Shown here in pieces: positions 60,301 through 64,000 of a stretch of DNA of 64,000 nucleotides. How positions within the stretch are numbered: the stretch's first letter is position 1; each line of letters opens with the position of its first letter. Source of the stretch: an uncultured Christensenella sp. GTDB lineage: Bacteria > Bacillota > Clostridia > Christensenellales > UBA1242. The notes beneath the pieces are model-generated. The model ran no database searches and was not told the origin of the DNA. It was given only the letters and a program-made list of their open reading frames with translations. Location: positions 8,773 through 72,772 of the forward strand of contig CASDOR010000015.1 of the NCBI GenBank assembly GCA_949282135.1, given 5' to 3'. Made by a program: the position numbers and the translations under genes.

Positions 60301-63300
60301 AACTTTCTAAATTACCTACATATACCTCCTCAACCGACATATTTGTAAACACGCCTGTCCCAATATATGTAATTGAACTAGGTATTGTAATACTTGTAAG
60401 ATCACTAGAGTCATAAAAAGCACTTTCATATATCTTTGTCACACCCTCTGGTATAACTACACTAGTTATATCACGATTTTCACTAAAGGCTCTCTTTTTT
60501 ATAGAATATGTTTGCCCCCCTTCTAAAGTTGGAAGTTCAATATCTCCACCTTCACCTAGATATTTTACTAAATAGTGATTACCATCTATGTCTTTATACA
60601 TTACATACTCATCATTGTCTCCAGCATAGTAAATTTCACTATCTCCCTCTGTGGTCTTTACTTCTATTGCATTCTGCCCTATACTACCATTATCATAATA
60701 ATATAACGTTATGTCAAGACTACTTAGATTAAATATTTCAGCAAGGCTAAAACAGTCATAAAACGCATTACTTCCGATACTTGTTACACATTCTGGTATA
60801 ACTATGCTCGTAATTGTATTGTTTTCATAAAAAGCATACTCATTTATAGTATACGTTTGATTATCATCTAAGGTTGGAAGAGTTAAAACCCCATACTCTC
60901 CTACATAATTTACTAGATAGTGTTTGCCTCTTGAGTCTTCATACATTATGTACTCGTCATTTTCTCCCGCATAGTAAATTCCGCTTTCTGTTGTTTTCCT
61001 TATTTCTATTGCATAATCTCCTACATAACCATGATTACTACTCCCAGCACTTATGCTTAAATTACTTAAGTTACATACTTCAACTAACTTCCTACAGGCA
61101 TTAAAAGCGGCGTTCCCTATTTTATTAACCCCTTTAGGAATTGTTATACTTGAAATATTACAAAATTGAAATGCGTAATTGCCAATACTTGTCAACTTTG
61201 AATCTTCTTTAATACTTACATTATTAAGTTTGTCACAAGATCCAAATGAATAAGTTTCAATTGTCTCAACCGAACTAGGAAGCGAAACACTTGTTAGCAT
61301 ATCAAAACCACAAAATGCATAACTTGGTATAGATGTTACTCCTTCTGGGATCACAAGTTCTGTTGTTTCAACTCCATTAATAAACAACTTTGTATCATCA
61401 CTTAATGGTAGACTCACCCCATACCCAGCATTTAGATAACTCTCAATATTACTTATACTTAATACTTTTAAAGGCTCACTAAGACTAAAAGCTCTTTCTC
61501 CAATACTTACTAAGCTCTCAGAGAATGTAAATGAATATAAACCTGTGCTATTATAAAATGCTCCCACTCCAATACTTTCAAGCATAGGAGCTTCCCCAAA
61601 GGATAAATTATTAAAATTACTAGAAGCAAACGCATAATCTCCTATACTTACAACTCCTGGCAAATTAATATTAGATTCTATAAATTCACAATCATAAAAA
61701 GCACGATCTCCTATATATTCAAGTTTAGAATCCGCCTCGATGGATACGATTTTAATAGCACTTAAATAAAACGCATAATCACCTATACTTACAACCGAAC
61801 TTGGTATTGTGTCAAAATCTGCAAAACTAGAACAACGATAAAACGCATAGTCACCTATACTTACAATCCCATCTAAATTTCTAACACTTGTAAGATTTGA
61901 ACAATAACTAAATGCTCCATCCCCTATACTAGCCACACCATTTGGCATGTCCACACTTCTAATTTTTAAAAAACTAAATGCATAAGCAGGAATTTTAGTA
62001 ATTGTACTTGGTACTTCAATATCTAGCAAAGGCTCTCCGTTTTGAGTAAGAAGAAAATTTTTAGACAAAGTAATTTGTTGTCCATAATTTTCCCCATTAT
62101 AGTTAGCCATAAAAATCTGAAGGGGTAGTGAATAATATTCTGGATTTAACACATAGTCCATATTAAACACACTATCGAGCTCACCAAAATTTATACCAAG
62201 ATTAATATCAGGCAAACTATTAAAATAACCTTCTATACTCTCAATTTCAATATTAATATTTGATAGCCCTGTACAGCCAAAAAAGGCTTGAAATCCAAGA
62301 CTTTCAATAGAACCTGGAATTGTGACATCAGATAAAGTTAAACAATTTGCAAAGGCATGCATTCCAATAGTTTTAAGTGTTTCTGGAAAAGTCACTTCTT
62401 GTAGTGGCACAAACATCTCCCCCACTACACCGCTAATATCACCAAAAGCAAACATTCCTATCTCTTCAAGCTTTGTGTCCTCTAGATTAATTTGCGTTAG
62501 ATTTAAAGAATCACAAAAAGACCCAAAGCCTATTTTCACTAGATGTGAATCTTCCTCAAACGTTACACTACTTAAGGCATTACAAAAAGCAAAAGCACCC
62601 ATTCCAATATTTTTTACGTTTTTTGGTATAGATATATTTTCAAGAGCGACATTATAGTAATCTTCAATAACTAAGTCTCCTTCTGGTTCAGACATAAAAG
62701 GCATATTTAACTGTATAGGAAACATTTTTGAAAAAGATGCCCCTTGAATACTTATACAATCCTCATGTATTTGTGCGTCACTTGTGCGTATATTAGCATC
62801 AACTAGTAGTGCATGTTCATTGTCTTCTGTTGGTATATAGTAAGTATTTTCATACTCCACCTTACCAAGTTTTGTACACAAAGTAAATGCATCCTCACCA
62901 ATATGTTCTACACTACTTGGAATGATTATATCTTGAAGTGATGTGCATCCAAAGAATGCCCCACTTATCATCAAGTAGAGTAGTTTAGAATCAAAACCGC
63001 AATTAGATTCTATACTTTTTACACTATTTGGTATAACTACACTTTCTATTTTAGCACTAACAGAATTGCTACTACTCACCGAAGGACCATGAGCATGTTC
63101 TCCCATGCAAACACTATTATCAAGATCTCCAGTTGAGACTTCCGCGGTAGAAATACAAAACGCGTTATATGGGATGTTGACTACGTCGTGTGAGATTATG
63201 ACATTTGGAGAGGTGCTTAAAAGTGGTGCGTTTGCAAAGTCGGAGTTATGTACGTTTGGAGTTAGGAAAACTGAGTAAAGTGTAAGGTTTTCACTACTCT

Positions 63301-63772
63301 CTGGTACGTCGTACCAAATTGGGTCACTTTCAGTTGACACATAATATCTAGAGTCGGTTTCACTAAAGATAAAGTCTGAATTCTCTGGGTCCTCTTGTGG
63401 GTCAATAAAAGAAGAGTTGGTTGAAAAAAAGTAAAACTCTCTTCCGTCACTACTTGTAAGGTCGTCTAGATTTGTGACTACCCCATTTTCTATCGTTGGT
63501 ACTGTTCCATCAATTCTAAACTTTGTCTCATCCTCAGGGTTTTTCACTGCTTTAACTGTACTTGTTGAAAGTGCACTCCCTTCGTTTCTAGCAAAAGTCA
63601 AAATGACATTATTTAGGTCTTCTTCCTCTTGCACTTCATACTCAACTTTAATGTCGTTGTAATACTTTTTGTTTATTGCATCTACTACAATAAATATTGT
63701 AAGCACAGCAAAGATTCCCATAATTGTAAGCAATAAAGCAGATCTAAGTAAATTTTTCTTTAAACTCCCCAT
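57359..63772 (-). CDS. Large BspA-like (LRR_5) surface protein, paralogue of 978-4319
   Basis: Many TpLRR repeats; N-terminal TM; first ~200 aa nearly identical to the first copy. Confidence 0.92.
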   Translation of the reverse strand: MGSLKKNLLRSALLLTIMGIFAVLTIFIVVDAINKKYYNDIKVEYEVQEEEDLNNVILTFARNEGSALSTSTVKAVKNPEDETKFRIDGTVPTIENGVVTNLDDLTSSDGREFYFFSTNSSFIDPQEDPENSDFIFSETDSRYYVSTESDPIWYDVPESSENLTLYSVFLTPNVHNSDFANAPLLSTSPNVIISHDVVNIPYNAFCISTAEVSTGDLDNSVCMGEHAHGPSVSSSNSVSAKIESVVIPNSVKSIESNCGFDSKLLYLMISGAFFGCTSLQDIIIPSSVEHIGEDAFTLCTKLGKVEYENTYYIPTEDNEHALLVDANIRTSDAQIHEDCISIQGASFSKMFPIQLNMPFMSEPEGDLVIEDYYNVALENISIPKNVKNIGMGAFAFCNALSSVTFEEDSHLVKIGFGSFCDSLNLTQINLEDTKLEEIGMFAFGDISGVVGEMFVPLQEVTFPETLKTIGMHAFANCLTLSDVTIPGSIESLGFQAFFGCTGLSNINIEIESIEGYFNSLPDINLGINFGELDSVFNMDYVLNPEYYSLPLQIFMANYNGENYGQQITLSKNFLLTQNGEPLLDIEVPSTITKIPAYAFSFLKIRSVDMPNGVASIGDGAFSYCSNLTSVRNLDGIVSIGDYAFYRCSSFADFDTIPSSVVSIGDYAFYLSAIKIVSIEADSKLEYIGDRAFYDCEFIESNINLPGVVSIGDYAFASSNFNNLSFGEAPMLESIGVGAFYNSTGLYSFTFSESLVSIGERAFSLSEPLKVLSISNIESYLNAGYGVSLPLSDDTKLFINGVETTELVIPEGVTSIPSYAFCGFDMLTSVSLPSSVETIETYSFGSCDKLNNVSIKEDSKLTSIGNYAFQFCNISSITIPKGVNKIGNAAFNACRKLVEVCNLSNLSISAGSSNHGYVGDYAIEIRKTTESGIYYAGENDEYIMYEDSRGKHYLVNYVGEYGVLTLPTLDDNQTYTINEYAFYENNTITSIVIPECVTSIGSNAFYDCFSLAEIFNLSSLDITLYYYDNGSIGQNAIEVKTTEGDSEIYYAGDNDEYVMYKDIDGNHYLVKYLGEGGDIELPTLEGGQTYSIKKRAFSENRDITSVVIPEGVTKIYESAFYDSSDLTSITIPSSITYIGTGVFTNMSVEEVYVGNLESYLKSLQGYESAPGGRLYVEGKLVTDLVLPDNIATIPDWAFMGAKDIVSVTIPEGVTSIGNNAFSGCSSLTSVTIPDSVTDIGGDAFRLCSSLKSVNIGENSRLQTIGSYAFDTCSNLTSFTIPSSVTEIGNSAFRDCSNINELYIGDVASYLNIVFENLSSWYAYYSSPLRATSRDVNLYVKGELVTDLVIPEEVDSIPFYAFHNVRHLSSVTIPNSVKSIGSGAFYNCSSLTNITIPESVTSIGSSAFSGCAKLIEVRNLSNLNITAGSSSFGYVGYYAKAIRTTEETGFYYLKDNNEFLMYEDLDGNHYLMAYQGQGGDITLPTLEEGQTYEIYQYAFFRCSDLISITIPEGVTSIGNYAFQNCNGLISVVIPSSVVSIGRYAFDYCYKLVEVYNLSSLNIEAGSSDNGYVGYYAESIKTTEDSGFYYAGNNNEYIMYKGLDGNHYLVAYQGQGGKITLPTLEEGQTYGIYQYAFYYNESITVVTVPKGVTSIGSSAFYGCINLAEVYNLSNLYITAGSRDFGYIAYYAENVYTSLDGQPGDPDESKDIGDYTFLYRNGTMYLQSYNGDESDVTLPSIEDVRAAFTDLSFDTYQIFGGAFSGKTNITNLTIPSCVASIGENAFEGCYNIVNVKLEIESLESYLENVATNPVPLTLQILELILTDASDPLNINVNISLYENATHLTEITIPDAVTNIPSYAFLGLDITSVSIPESVTTIGEYAFAYCTNLASIVIPESVTAIGEYAFAYCTNLASIVIPESVTAIGEGAFAYCTNLASIVIPESVTAIGEGAFMYCSNLKEIVMSASVKIIGEGTFAYCPSLSNIKLEIESIESYLEWGEIPLGYYLLVASFSKAKVSLYENGEHITRLELPDTITEISPYAFAGLDITSVSIPESVTTIGAAAFAYCTKLASVVIPESVTTIGDGVFSGCYRLVVYCEVESMPSGWSSNMLALPFSPIHFGLNVTWVYDEVTGEPKLI

Positions 63773-64000
63773 TTTTCTTAACCACTCCTTTATCATTAGT
63801 TTTTTAAAATTTAAAGATTTTTATAACAAGTTTTTATACTACTAATCCCATATTAATAAAAATAATTAAAAAAATCAAATAAATTCAAACAAAATATGGT
63901 AAATTACAGAAAAGCTTAGTTATAATATGATAAAGTACAAAAAATATATTAAAATAAAAAATATATTTAACTGAAATATAGTAAAAAATACAATTAAATT

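Overview
Low-GC chromosomal window from a spore-forming Clostridia-type bacterium (intact pro-sigK, pdaB-like gene, Firmicute rpsP-ffh cluster). Most genes are on the minus strand. Housekeeping content: rarA, sigK, rnpB, rnj, rplS/yraN/rnhB/rbgA/trmD/rimM/khpA/rpsP/ffh/ylxM, ssb, htrA-like, recA, parC/parE, murG. Two paralogous BspA-type LRR surface proteins bracket the window. Most notable: (1) a full-length, short-tailed-phage-like virion morphogenesis set (activator, TerL, TerS, portal, scaffold, capsid, adaptor, nozzle, holins) split in two by the ribosomal/SRP cluster, with no integrase or replication genes, i.e. a candidate domesticated gene-transfer-agent-like system; (2) seven dispersed, co-oriented four-way-junction elements with conserved structure but divergent sequence; (3) an RNase P RNA with a ~250-nt P12 expansion; (4) an apparently catalytically dead GH95-like protein; (5) pervasive locus-specific tandem repeats in spacers and within ORFs. 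All calls are from motif recognition by eye; no database searches were run.
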